Origin: an uncultured Clostridia bacterium
Lineage (GTDB): Bacteria; Bacillota; Clostridia; Oscillospirales; Acutalibacteraceae
Assembly (NCBI GenBank): GCA_946186665.1
Contig: CAMHOE010000002.1
Span: 31,014 to 95,013 of the forward strand
Direction: 5' to 3'
Length of the DNA: 64,000 bases
The position numbers and the translations under genes are program-made. Under the pieces are notes generated by a model. That model was given only the letters and a program-made list of their open reading frames with translations, ran no database searches and was not told where the DNA came from. Below are positions 6,915 through 16,237 of the stretch, piece after piece. The first letter of the stretch is position 1. Each line of letters opens with the position of its first letter.

Positions 6915-8750
6915 TTAACCGTTTTTCCGGTAATGGTTATATACGGACTCTGCCGCAGGTCGGTTCATGCCCTTGACTTGCAGAAGCTCCTCAATATCGG
7001 CTTCTTTTATCCTTGTTATGGTTTTGAAGTAGGAAAGCAGGGCTTTGGCGCGCTCCTCTCCGATACCGTCAATTTCAGTGAGTGATGATGAAAACGCCTT
7101 TTTGCTCCGTGCCTGCCTGTGGTAGCCTATAGCAAATCGGTGTACCTCATCCTGTAGCTTTGATACAAGCGTGAATGCCTGTCTTTTTGATGTTATGGAT
7201 ATCTCATGTCCTTCGTCTGTTATGGCTCGGGTACGGTGCTTGCTGTCCTTTACCATTCCGAACAAGGGTATATCAAGCCCAAAATGTTCAAGCACTGAAC
7301 GCACAGCGGCTACCTGTCCCTTGCCGCCGTCAAGCAGTATCAGGTCGGGAAGCTGTCCGAAGCCATCACCGCTGTCTTTGTTTTTGAAGTATTCTTCAAA
7401 CCGCCTTGTAAGTACCTCGTGCATTGAAGCATAGTCATCCTGCCCCACAAAGCCCTTTATCCTGAAACGCCTGTAGGAGCTTTTGTAGGGTCTGCCGTTT
7501 TTGAACACCACCATACCTGCAACATTTTCCGTTCCCATCAGATTGGAAATATCGTAGGACTCTATAAATACAGGCGGCTTTGAAAGTCCTAAAAGTCCTG
7601 CAAGCTCATCAAGCGCAGAAAGCTCATGACCGTAATGTCCCCTGCTCTGGGCAAGCTTTTCCGCTGCATTCTGCTTTGACATTTCAAGTATCTTCTGCTG
7701 CTCGCCCTTCTGGGGATAATGAAATTTTACTTTTTTACCTCTCAGCTCAGACAGCCTGCCGAGTATAAGTTCTTCGTCTTCGGGAACACCGTCAAGTGTT
7801 ATTATGGGTGGAATGTTCTTCCATATTGAATAGTACTGCATAAGAAACTCTGCCCTTGCCGCTGACAAGTCGGCGTTCTCACCCAAATCTTTTATAACGA
7901 AATCCTCTTTGTCATACAGCCGTCCGCCGTTAAAGCGCAGCACTGCAAAGCAAGCATCAGCACCTTCTGTCATAAGTGAGATAACATCCTGCTCCTCCAC
8001 AGACGCCGCAACGACCTTCTGTTTCTCGGTTATCTTCTTTACAGCATTTATCCTGTCCCTGAGCTTTGCAGCCAATTCAAAATCAAGATTTTCTGCTGCT
8101 GCATTCATTTTTTCGGTCATAAGCTTTATAGAGTCGCTGTCTCCTTTTTTGAGGAAATCCACAGCCGCATTGACTCTTTCGCTGTAGTCTTTAAGTGACA
8201 CTTTACCACTGCACGGAGCGCAGCACTGTTTTATATAGTAGTTAAGGCAAGGGCGCCCTTTTTTGCAGTCTCTGGGAAACACCTTATTGCACGAGGGCAG
8301 CATAAATATTTTCTGTGCTTCATCAACTGCATTTTTTGCATACCATGCGCTCATATAGGGTCCCAGATACTCAGCCCCGTCATCGGACTTCTGCATAACG
8401 AAGCTTAGCTTTCTCCACTGGTCAGCCGACACACGGATATAGCTGTAGCCCTTGTCATCCTTGAGCAGTATATTATACTTCGGCTTATGCTGCTTTATCA
8501 GACTACATTCCAGCACAAGAGCCTCAAATTCACTTGTGCAAAGTATATAATCAAAGTCCCACACATTGGAAACCATCCTCTTTACCTTTTCCTGATGATT
8601 TCTGTCCGAACCGAAATACTGACTCACACGGTTTTTCAGTGCCTTTGCCTTACCTATATATATTATCTCTCCGTCTTTATTCTTCATTATGTAGACTCCC
8701 GGACTAAGCGGGAGTCTCATTGCTTTTTCTCTCAGTTGTTTAATATCCAT
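6915..8750 (-). CDS. uvrC: Excinuclease ABC subunit C
   Basis: 611 aa with an N-terminal GIY-YIG domain (GVYIMKNKDGEIIYIGKA), a UVR domain and a C-terminal HhH. Confidence 0.95.
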   Translation of the reverse strand: MDIKQLREKAMRLPLSPGVYIMKNKDGEIIYIGKAKALKNRVSQYFGSDRNHQEKVKRMVSNVWDFDYILCTSEFEALVLECSLIKQHKPKYNILLKDDKGYSYIRVSADQWRKLSFVMQKSDDGAEYLGPYMSAWYAKNAVDEAQKIFMLPSCNKVFPRDCKKGRPCLNYYIKQCCAPCSGKVSLKDYSERVNAAVDFLKKGDSDSIKLMTEKMNAAAENLDFELAAKLRDRINAVKKITEKQKVVAASVEEQDVISLMTEGADACFAVLRFNGGRLYDKEDFVIKDLGENADLSAARAEFLMQYYSIWKNIPPIITLDGVPEDEELILGRLSELRGKKVKFHYPQKGEQQKILEMSKQNAAEKLAQSRGHYGHELSALDELAGLLGLSKPPVFIESYDISNLMGTENVAGMVVFKNGRPYKSSYRRFRIKGFVGQDDYASMHEVLTRRFEEYFKNKDSGDGFGQLPDLILLDGGKGQVAAVRSVLEHFGLDIPLFGMVKDSKHRTRAITDEGHEISITSKRQAFTLVSKLQDEVHRFAIGYHRQARSKKAFSSSLTEIDGIGEERAKALLSYFKTITRIKEADIEELLQVKGMNRPAAESVYNHYRKNG

Positions 8751-8777
8751 AATTGCCCCCTGAGCGCAGATACAATG

Positions 8778-10016
8778 TCAGTAGTAAATACTCAGTATAC
8801 ATCCGGATGTGCTCACAGAATAGGATATCCCATCATTTATCCGGTCAATATCAAAAACCTTCTGCTCCACAATAAGCTCGTTCATAGCTTCATCCAATAC
8901 CTCCGGCGATGAAAACTTCACCGACAGTCCGCCGTCTGCATAGTACCATTCCGCCGCATCCTGTACATAGCTGAAATCGTAATCTTCAAAATACAAGCCG
9001 TTATATACGTAGTAATTGTACTTTGTTCCTGTTTCATCCGGTACGGGCATAGTGCCGTCTATCGTGTGAGTGTTCTTCATGTCATCATAAGATATCAGAA
9101 AGTATTCATAGGTTTTAGTATTTTCTCCGTCATCCTTTATAGGGTCGTCCCATGTCAGGTCAATAAAGTAGTATTCGCCGTCCACGCATACATAGTTCCA
9201 TTGGTGAGAACCGCTTTCTGACGCTCTTGTGCCGTTCACCTTGCCGCACTCTATGCCAAGCCTGTGCATTATCAGCTGAAAGGCAGTGGAATACCCGGAG
9301 CATATCGCAGTGTTTTCCACAAGACAGCCGTATGCTGTTGAAGCGTTCAGCAAGCCTTCATTCTCTTCCGCTTTGATAAGCGCAAGGGTTTCGGTGTCGT
9401 ATACGGTATTATTTATTATATAGTCGTGAACATAAAGTATCTTTTCATAGGTGTTCTCTTTTGAAGCGGCTTCATTCACTATATCAGATACTATACTCTC
9501 TAATTCCTTCTGAGCCTTGATTATCTCATCGTCATCATCGCTGAACAGTGTTGGAGAAACGGTTATCTCTGATTGTTCGCCGAGTGTTTTCATCTGGTAG
9601 GTAAAGCTTTTTCCAAGCCAGAAATATTCCGGATGGTCGTCAAGCACAGCATAATAGGCAGTCTTTACATCATCCTCAGCTTCATTTTCAAAGACAAATT
9701 CTGTTTCCAGCTCTTCTATCATAACTGTAAAGCGGTTATAGAGTTCCGTTTGTTTTTCGCTGAGGGTATTCTTCAGTGAATACCGATACTCCTGCATAGA
9801 GTCAGAAGACTCAGCCCATGATATTTCAGATTTTTCCTCACTGCTCTCTGCTAAGGGAGCTTCACTGTCTTCCTCAATTCCGGCACTTACAGAATGTTCC
9901 GGTTCTATCGGAGCATCATCTCTGATAAGATGTTCCCAATCCACAGAGCATCCGCCCAGAACACAAGTCGCTGCGACTGCCGCAGCCGTAATCCTTATTC
10001 CATTTTTCACTCTCAC
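8778..10016 (-). CDS. Transglutaminase-like lipoprotein, paralog of 2868-4229
   Basis: Lipobox VLGGC, an acidic linker, and a core CSGYSTAFQLI ... HQWNYVCVDGEYYFIDLTWDD. GTG start with a GGGGGA RBS. Confidence 0.7.
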   Translation of the reverse strand: MRVKNGIRITAAAVAATCVLGGCSVDWEHLIRDDAPIEPEHSVSAGIEEDSEAPLAESSEEKSEISWAESSDSMQEYRYSLKNTLSEKQTELYNRFTVMIEELETEFVFENEAEDDVKTAYYAVLDDHPEYFWLGKSFTYQMKTLGEQSEITVSPTLFSDDDDEIIKAQKELESIVSDIVNEAASKENTYEKILYVHDYIINNTVYDTETLALIKAEENEGLLNASTAYGCLVENTAICSGYSTAFQLIMHRLGIECGKVNGTRASESGSHQWNYVCVDGEYYFIDLTWDDPIKDDGENTKTYEYFLISYDDMKNTHTIDGTMPVPDETGTKYNYYVYNGLYFEDYDFSYVQDAAEWYYADGGLSVKFSSPEVLDEAMNELIVEQKVFDIDRINDGISYSVSTSGCILSIYY

Positions 10017-10038
10017 CCTTATCCCCCTTTCGCCGGCG

Positions 10039-10200
10039 GCGCAGAGCCTGCGCTCCTAATTCGCGGCGCAGAGCCTGCGCTCCCAATTCGCGGCGCAGAG
10101 CCTGCGCTCCCAATTCGCGGCGCAGAGCCTGCGCTCCCAATTCGCAGCGCAGAGCCTGCGCTCCCAATTCGCGGCGCAGAGCCTGCGCTCCCGATTCGCG
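10039..10200 (+). repeat. 27-bp tandem array x6 of module M1 (hairpin GCGCAGAGCCTGCGC plus TCCCAATTCGCG)
   Basis: GCGCAG occurs at 10039, 10066, 10093, 10120, 10147 and 10174. There are no spacers. Confidence 0.95.
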
Positions 10201-10487
10201 TTGCCGTTCGCTGAAGCTCACTCTGATATTCTGACCAAAACTTTTCCTGACCGCGATTGACGGCGCAGACATGACAGATAATCGTTCCCATCCGCCGGCG
10301 CAGCCCTTAGAGGCTGCTGTTTCGGCTGTTTCATCCGTACAAATAGTTTTATTCTCATACTCAACTTTATGCGCCTATACATCGTAAAGCTGTAGTTTAT
10401 TATATTCTTACTATGATTGTTTTCGCCGCAGCGAAAATATACCACTATTATTCATTATTAAGTCTTAAGTTTTCAGTATTCATTAAT
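10201..10487 (+). repeat. Mosaic repeat continuation: M2, M3, M4, M5, promoter-like M8 variant, and an AT-rich H5 tail
   Basis: gttcgctgaagctcactctgatatt ... ccgccggcgcagcccttagaggctgctgtttcggctg ... ctgtagtttattatattcttactatgattgttttcgccgcagcgaaaatataccactattattcattattaagtcttaagttttcagtattcatta. The tail matches 37258-37527. Confidence 0.9.
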
Positions 10488-10490
10488 TTA

Positions 10491-11564
10491 TCACACCAGC
10501 GTTCTTCCTTCGCAGTATTTGCAGAGGAGCATATCGCCGCCGAGAGGTCTGAATATTTTGGGAAGATATGCTTCTGTTGTGGTGATACAGTTTGGGTTGC
10601 AGCATTTTACATTGTGGGTATCGAAGCGTCTGGGCATGGGCTTTTTGTCGGCATTTTCAAGCATTTTCATAATGAGCGCCATTCTTGCGTACATACCGTA
10701 GATGGTCTGGATGAAGTACTTTGCCCTGTCGTCATAGTCTACATCTTCGGTTATCTCATCAACTCTGGGAAGGGGATGAAGTATCTTCATATCGTGTCTT
10801 GCAAGGCGAAGTTTTTCGCTGTCCAGTACAAACACACCCTTCTGTTTTTCGTAATCCTCAGGACTTTTGAAGCGTTCTCTCTGTATTCTTGTCATGTACA
10901 GGACATCAAGCATGGGCAGAGCTTCTGCAAGGCTCGGCACTTCTATATGGCGGCAGCCCGAAGCGTTCATTATATCCTTGATGTACTGCGGAACGGTAAG
11001 CTCCGGTGTAGATATCAGCACAAAAGTATTGCCCTTGAAATGAGACATTGTTTTTATGAGGGAATGTACAGTCCTGCCGTTTTTCAGGTCGCCGCAAAGA
11101 CCAATGCACATATTGTCAAGTGTACCCTTTTCGTTGTAAAGCGTTACAACATCTGTCAATGTCTGTGTGGGATGAAGATGTCCGCCGTCGCCTGCGTTTA
11201 TGACGGGAGCAGCAGAGTACATTGAAGCTGCCTTTGCAGTGCCTTCAAGGGAATGTCTTATTGCTATTATGTCGGCATATCCGCCAACAACAGTCACTGT
11301 ATCTTTAAGACTCTCGCCCTTTGAAACAGAGGAATTCTGCGGATTGTCAAAGCCTATGATACTTCCCCCAAGACGGAGCATGGCAGTCTTGAAGGACATC
11401 TGTGTTCTTGTTGAAGGCTCATAAAAAAGCGTGGCGAGTATCTTTCCCCTGCAAGCCTCTGAATACGCTGAGGGATCGTTCATTATATTATTTGCAAGCT
11501 CTATAATTTCTATAAGCTCCTCTTTTGAAAGACTGTCAAGATCTATTAAATGTTTTGTTTTCAT
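10491..11564 (-). CDS. pyrB: Aspartate carbamoyltransferase catalytic chain with a C-terminal PyrI-type zinc-domain extension
   Basis: Carries STRTQ, HPTQ and HPLPR motifs. The last ~55 aa (KCCNPNCITTTE...LLCKYCE) match the PyrI Zn-binding domain pattern. I place the start at ATG 11564 (MKTKHL), which has a GGGTGAGGA RBS. The ORF-track start is a TTG inside that RBS. Confidence 0.9.
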   Translation of the reverse strand: MKTKHLIDLDSLSKEELIEIIELANNIMNDPSAYSEACRGKILATLFYEPSTRTQMSFKTAMLRLGGSIIGFDNPQNSSVSKGESLKDTVTVVGGYADIIAIRHSLEGTAKAASMYSAAPVINAGDGGHLHPTQTLTDVVTLYNEKGTLDNMCIGLCGDLKNGRTVHSLIKTMSHFKGNTFVLISTPELTVPQYIKDIMNASGCRHIEVPSLAEALPMLDVLYMTRIQRERFKSPEDYEKQKGVFVLDSEKLRLARHDMKILHPLPRVDEITEDVDYDDRAKYFIQTIYGMYARMALIMKMLENADKKPMPRRFDTHNVKCCNPNCITTTEAYLPKIFRPLGGDMLLCKYCEGRTLV

Positions 11565-11579
11565 ATCCTCACCCTTTTT

Positions 11580-11750
11580 CAATGTTCAATGTACAATGTG
11601 CAATGTGCAATTAATAACTTCAAAGCTCAAAGCTTCACTCAGCGAAGAGATCCACAGATCCTATTGCACTTACTATAATTCATTTTTGCTTTAGCAAAAA
11701 TGTACCACAACTATTCGTTATTCACTATTCACTATTCATTATTCACTATT
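11580..11750 (+). repeat. Short mosaic repeat: H3 heptads, M7 fragment, M8 (TATAAT plus hairpin), H2 heptads
   Basis: caatgttcaatgtacaatgtgcaatgtgcaatt ... cttactataattcatttttgctttagcaaaaatgtaccacaa ... (ctattca)n. Confidence 0.9.
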
Positions 11751-11756
11751 ATAATT

Positions 11757-11783
11757 AAAGCCTGTCGGTATACGGCAGGCTTT
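11757..11783 (-). terminator. Hairpin immediately after the ftsZ stop
   Basis: aaagcctgtcggtatacggcaggcttt forms an 11-bp stem with one G-U pair. The downstream U-tract is weak. Confidence 0.5.
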
Positions 11784-11789
11784 AAGAGA

Positions 11790-13103
11790 TTATTTGTTGT
11801 TGAAGATGTCCATTATATCCATGAATGAATCGTCTGAGTCACCGTTATTAACGGCCGGCTTTGCCGGTGCAGGCTTTGTGGAGCTGCTTACGGGAGCCTT
11901 AGTGTTTGCATTGGGGTATACGGGAGCTGCCTGCTGGGGCGGCTCGGGCTGCGGTGCAGGACGATTGTACATTGGCTGCTGATAGGGGTTGTGCTGAGGT
12001 CTGGGCTGTCTCTCAGGCTGAGGCTTGGTTACGGTTCCGAAGCGCGCCGGGTCCGGTCTGGGAGCTACAGCTGTGCCATACTGAAAGGGCGAAGCAGGTT
12101 TCTTCTCATCCTTCTTAGCACCGCCTAAAGCCGGCGGAAAACCGCTGTCTGTTGTGGGGAAGCCTGTAGCGATAACTATTACGCTGATAGCGTCCTCCAT
12201 CTCCTCATCAAGAGCAGCACCCCAGATGATGATAGCGTTCTCGTCTGCCTGCTCGGAAATCATTGTTGAAGCATCCTGTATCTCATCAAGTCCGATATCA
12301 GGAGATGCCTTTATGTTTACGATAAGTCCCTTTGCACCCTGAATAGATGTGCCGAGAAGCGGACTGGATATTGCATTCTGAGCTGCGATCTTTGCCTTGT
12401 CTTTACCGGAAGCAACGCCCACACCCATAAGTGCGTAGCCTGCGTCCTTCATGACGGAGGTAACGTCTGCAAAGTCAAGGTTTACAAGACCGGGTATTAC
12501 GATAAGGTCTGTGATACTCTGAACGCCCTGACGGAGAACATCGTCTGCTGCAAAGAATGCGTTCTGGAGTGTTATCTTCTCATCGCTGATGTGCTTGAGT
12601 CTTTCATTAGGGATAACGATAAGTGAGTCTACGTGCTGCTTGAGCTTCTGGATGCCCTGCTCAGCCTGTTCCATACGGCGCTTGCCCTCGAACAGGAACG
12701 GTGTTGTAACGATACCTACTGTGAGGATACCCATTTCCTTAGCGACCTCTGCAACTACAGGAGCAGCACCTGTGCCGGTACCGCCGCCCATACCTGCGGT
12801 GATAAATACCATATCTGTATCCTGAAGAAGCTCTGCTATTACCTCACGGCTCTCTTCAGCGGCTTTTTCGCCTACTTCCGGCTTAGAGCCTGCGCCCTTG
12901 CCGTGTGTTATCTTTTCGCCTATCTGTACCTTCTGTGTAGCCTTTGAGCGGTTCAGAGCCTGCTTATCGGTGTTGATAGAGATAAACTCCACACCGGTAA
13001 CATACTCCACCATTCGGTCGATAGCGTTTCCGCCGCCGCCGCCGACTCCTACAACCTTAATATGCACTATGCTTTCAACTTCGTTTTCAAATTCGTAAGG
13101 CAT
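11790..13103 (-). CDS. ftsZ: Cell division protein FtsZ
   Basis: GGGTGTG tubulin signature and [10 protein letters not shown], with a long P/Q-rich C-terminal linker. Start at ATG 13103 (MPYEFE), which has a GGAGGGAG RBS. Confidence 0.95.
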   Translation of the reverse strand: MPYEFENEVESIVHIKVVGVGGGGGNAIDRMVEYVTGVEFISINTDKQALNRSKATQKVQIGEKITHGKGAGSKPEVGEKAAEESREVIAELLQDTDMVFITAGMGGGTGTGAAPVVAEVAKEMGILTVGIVTTPFLFEGKRRMEQAEQGIQKLKQHVDSLIVIPNERLKHISDEKITLQNAFFAADDVLRQGVQSITDLIVIPGLVNLDFADVTSVMKDAGYALMGVGVASGKDKAKIAAQNAISSPLLGTSIQGAKGLIVNIKASPDIGLDEIQDASTMISEQADENAIIIWGAALDEEMEDAISVIVIATGFPTTDSGFPPALGGAKKDEKKPASPFQYGTAVAPRPDPARFGTVTKPQPERQPRPQHNPYQQPMYNRPAPQPEPPQQAAPVYPNANTKAPVSSSTKPAPAKPAVNNGDSDDSFMDIMDIFNNK

Positions 13104-13317
13104 TTGTTTGACTCCCTCCAAAATTAACATCTGACAGAATTTCTGCTGTCTTACATTCTGACTTGCTTTATTTTTTTACATACAACTACTATTAATTTAC
13201 CACTTTTCCACCGGAATTTCAATACGATAAAGGACTTTTTACACAGATTTATCATTCTTTAGGTAATAAGCCTATATTATAACGTCATTTTTGTTGATTA
13301 TGACAAGGCATAATTAA

Positions 13318-14931
13318 TTACTCTTCATAGTACTCATCGCCGGTATAATCATAGGTCTCATCGTCCGCATAATCTTCATCTTCTTCGTAATAGTACGCAT
13401 CCCCGAAATCATAATCTTCATCCGTGCCGTCATCGTCTGTATACTCGCCGTCATCATATGTGCCGTCATCGTCTGTATATTCGCCGTCATCATCCGTGCC
13501 GTCATCGTCTGTATACTCGCCGTCATCGTCCGTGCCGTCATCGTCCGTATACTCGCCGTCATCATATGTGCCGTCATCGTCCGTATACTCGCCGTCATCA
13601 TCCGTGCCGTCATCGTCCGTATACTCACCGTCATCATATGTGGTCTCATCGTCGGTTTCCTCTCCGGTGGTTTCGGGGTCGCCGGTGTCAGCGTCACTTG
13701 TCTCATCCTCATTGGCGCCGCTTTCTTCTGCTTTGCTGCTTTCAGACGAGGACTCTGTCTTTTTCTTTGTGTCCGAAGTTGTCTTAGGCTTTGATACCTT
13801 TGACGCCTGAGCGGAGCTTTCATCAGCCTGTGAGCTGTAGTATGACTTTCCTCCCTCAGCGGAGCAAAGAGACACGTCAAGTATTCCTTTGTCCTTTTCG
13901 GAGAGACTCTTTTCGATTATCTTCTTTGCCGTTTTGAGCTTATAGTCAATGCTTTCCGGCGTACCGATGACGATACGCAGTCCCTGCTTGGTGGTAAGCG
14001 TTATCTTTGACATATTGGAAATATCAATGATATCGATCGTACCCAGCTTATATTTCTCCTCAGCGTCAAGGATCTCGTTGATATATCCCTCTACGTTTTC
14101 ATCCTTGTACTTTACAGCAGAGGACAGCTTCGGTTCTTTGAGCTTCGCACCCATTATCTTGGGTATGTTTGTATTTCGCAGGGTGTCGGAAATATCTATT
14201 ATCTTTCCGCTCTCGCTGAGCAGAACATACTTACCCTCACTCTCGATAACGCAGGTGGGAGTTGCTTCCTTGACTGTTATCACAATCCTGTTGAACAGTT
14301 CTTTGCTGATAGTTACCTTTTCTATGTACGGGAATTTCTCCCAGATATTTTTTTCTCCCGGAGATGTATTGCAAAGGATGAGGTTATCACCCTGTTTTAT
14401 CATGCAGGAGGATTTTATCTCATCTCCGCTGTAGCGTGATTTTCCCTTTACTTCTATTTCGTCTATCTTGAAGAATACCGTAAGGGAAAGCACAAAGCAT
14501 ACAGACACAAGCACAAGCAAGGTCACCGCATAAAACAGCACTCTTAGTACCTTGCGCTTATAGGGGCTTCTGGGTTCCTTCGCCGGAGGCAAAGGCTTTA
14601 CATAGTGCAGACCGCTTTCTCTCGGAGGTCTTTTCAGCATATTCTCGGCACTCTTGTCTATCTCTCCCTGAAACGCCATGTCCTCTTTATAGCTTCCGGC
14701 ATCATTCATCTTGATGCTGTTTTTGCTTCTGTTCTTTTTAAGACTGGTATTGCTTATTTTCCTTACCGGCTGCGGAGTACTCTTTGCACTTCCTGAGCTT
14801 TTCTCGTTTGGATTTCTTCTGCCCTTTTGAGGCGGAGATTTTCCGCTGCCGGCGGTTCCTTTTATATTTGACGGTATGGGTTTTTTCTTGCCTTCACCGC
14901 TTCGGTCTTTACCCGATGGCTTTTTGCTCAT
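13318..14931 (-). CDS. ftsQ: FtsQ/DivIB-type cell division protein with a basic N-terminus, one TM segment, POTRA/FtsQ domains and a long acidic repetitive C-terminal tail
   Basis: Sits between murG and ftsZ. TM segment VLFYAVTLLVLVSVCFVLSLTVFF is followed by IDEIEVKGKSRYSGDEI (POTRA-like). The tail is (DGEYTDDDGT[YD]D)n. Confidence 0.75.
   Translation of the reverse strand: MSKKPSGKDRSGEGKKKPIPSNIKGTAGSGKSPPQKGRRNPNEKSSGSAKSTPQPVRKISNTSLKKNRSKNSIKMNDAGSYKEDMAFQGEIDKSAENMLKRPPRESGLHYVKPLPPAKEPRSPYKRKVLRVLFYAVTLLVLVSVCFVLSLTVFFKIDEIEVKGKSRYSGDEIKSSCMIKQGDNLILCNTSPGEKNIWEKFPYIEKVTISKELFNRIVITVKEATPTCVIESEGKYVLLSESGKIIDISDTLRNTNIPKIMGAKLKEPKLSSAVKYKDENVEGYINEILDAEEKYKLGTIDIIDISNMSKITLTTKQGLRIVIGTPESIDYKLKTAKKIIEKSLSEKDKGILDVSLCSAEGGKSYYSSQADESSAQASKVSKPKTTSDTKKKTESSSESSKAEESGANEDETSDADTGDPETTGEETDDETTYDDGEYTDDDGTDDDGEYTDDDGTYDDGEYTDDDGTDDDGEYTDDDGTDDDGEYTDDDGTYDDGEYTDDDGTDEDYDFGDAYYYEEDEDYADDETYDYTGDEYYEE
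13424..13639 (-). repeat. In-frame 36-bp tandem repeat x6 encoding the acidic FtsQ tail
   Basis: The unit gtgccgtcatcgtctgtatactcgccgtcatcatat starts at 13424, 13460, 13496, 13532, 13568 and 13604. Confidence 0.9.
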
Positions 14932-14962
14932 TACTTTTCATTCCCTTCACAAAAGCCAGAAC

Positions 14963-15091
14963 TCAATATTCAATGTACAATGTGCAATATTCAATGTTCA
15001 ATCTTTCACTCAAAACACTTACTATAATTCGTTTTAGATTTATCAAAAACGCACAGTCATTCCACATTCCACTTTTCACATTCCACATTTT
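14963..15091 (+). repeat. Short mosaic repeat: H3 heptads, M8 variant (TATAAT), reverse-complement H1 heptads abutting the murG stop
   Basis: tcaatattcaatgtacaatgtgcaatattcaatgttcaatc ... cttactataattcgttttag ... cattccacattccacttttcacattccacatttt. Confidence 0.9.
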
Positions 15092-15093
15092 AA

Positions 15094-16224
15094 TTAAAGG
15101 CTTTTTGCTGCGGAGAGTACCTCGATGATTATGGAGTATATCCTCTTTGAAGCGTCAGATATCGCCATGCGCTTTGCATTTTCGGAATATTCCGCAAGAC
15201 GTATCGGGTCGCTTGCAAGCTTGTCTATCTCTTCGGTAAGCTTCTCCGGTGTAAGATCCTTTTCCTCTATCATGACCGCTGCATTTTCCTTTACAAGTGC
15301 CATTGCATTATGGAACTGGTGATTTTCTGCAACATTCGGCGAAGGGATAAGTATTGAGGGCTTTCCCTTTACCTGTATCTCACTGAGTGTGATAGCTCCT
15401 GCTCTTGCGATGACTACATCTGCCGCCGCAAGACACACGGGCATATCGTTGATGTATTCCCTTATGTCAAGGTTATCTGCCTTTTCAAGGTCGGCTCCCT
15501 TATCCTTAAGAAGCTGAGGAAACCATTTGCCATACTGTCCGTATGCGTGAATGTGCTGATACTTTCCGTCACCTGCGCTTCTTGCGATAACATCAGCTAA
15601 GGCTTCGTTTATCTTTCTTGCGCCAAGACTGCCGCCGAAGGAAAGTATCACGGGTCTGTTGTCAAGTCCCAATTTCTTTCTTGCTTCTTCCTTTTCCTGA
15701 ATGAGTATCTCGCCTCTTACAGGGTTTCCGGTGTCTACAAAGTTGCATTTGCCCTTGAAATGCTCCCTTGCAGCAGGCATTGCAAGCATTACCCTTGTGG
15801 CGTGTTTTGAGAGCATTTTGTTTGTTACTCCGGGATAAGCATTCTGCTCATGTATAAGAGTGGGTATTCCCAGCTTTGCAGCCGCCCTCAGCACGGGGCC
15901 GCTTACATAACCGCCTGTACCGATACATATATCGGGCTTGAACTCCTTTATTATCTTTTTGGAGTCTCTGCCGGCTGACACTGCCTTTTTCACGGTAACG
16001 ATATTATCCTTGAGTGCGCCTAAGGATATCTTTCTCTTAAAGCCCTGCACTGTTATTCCCTTGAATTCAAAGCCTGCCTGCGGCACAAGTCTTTCCTCCA
16101 TGCCGCCTTTAGCTCCGATATAAAGTATCTCAGCATCGGGCTGACGTTCCCTTACATATCCGGCAATGGCAAGAGCAGGATTGATATGACCTGCCGTACC
16201 GCCGCCTGCAAATATTATCCTCAT
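15094..16224 (-). CDS. murG: UDP-N-acetylglucosamine--N-acetylmuramyl-(pentapeptide) pyrophosphoryl-undecaprenol GlcNAc transferase
   Basis: N-terminus MRIIFAGGGTAGHINPALA is the canonical MurG N-terminus. 376 aa, in dcw context. Confidence 0.95.
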   Translation of the reverse strand: MRIIFAGGGTAGHINPALAIAGYVRERQPDAEILYIGAKGGMEERLVPQAGFEFKGITVQGFKRKISLGALKDNIVTVKKAVSAGRDSKKIIKEFKPDICIGTGGYVSGPVLRAAAKLGIPTLIHEQNAYPGVTNKMLSKHATRVMLAMPAAREHFKGKCNFVDTGNPVRGEILIQEKEEARKKLGLDNRPVILSFGGSLGARKINEALADVIARSAGDGKYQHIHAYGQYGKWFPQLLKDKGADLEKADNLDIREYINDMPVCLAAADVVIARAGAITLSEIQVKGKPSILIPSPNVAENHQFHNAMALVKENAAVMIEEKDLTPEKLTEEIDKLASDPIRLAEYSENAKRMAISDASKRIYSIIIEVLSAAKSL

Positions 16225-16237
16225 AACAAAACACCCC

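Noticed and set aside
10039-10200. Possible CRISPR array (regular short GC-rich palindromic repeats)
   Set aside because: The repeat period equals the repeat length (27 bp), so there are no unique spacers. There are no cas genes nearby. The unit is module M1 of the dispersed mosaic family.
9894-10291. ORFs of 90-118 aa on both strands with GAEPALPIR / ELGAQALRR / IGSAGSAPR repeats
   Set aside because: They are translations of the 27-bp tandem repeat, which stays open in several frames on both strands because 27 is a multiple of 3. They have no RBS, and the same modules occur in both orientations relative to genes elsewhere.
10413-11225. Long antisense ORFs inside real genes: 10413-11225, 31989-32744, 34508-35359, 47614-48483, 62427-63165, 45565-46146, 153-728 and 1480-1983
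   Set aside because: Each lies opposite a CDS with strong family signatures. Their products are Cys/Arg/Leu-rich with no recognisable motifs, which is typical of shadow ORFs.
13314-13880. 188-aa minus-strand and 109-128-aa plus-strand ORFs over the ftsQ repeat region
   Set aside because: They are alternative-frame or antisense readings of the 36-bp in-frame repeat. The FtsQ frame is continuous with the POTRA/FtsQ domain and is the credible one.
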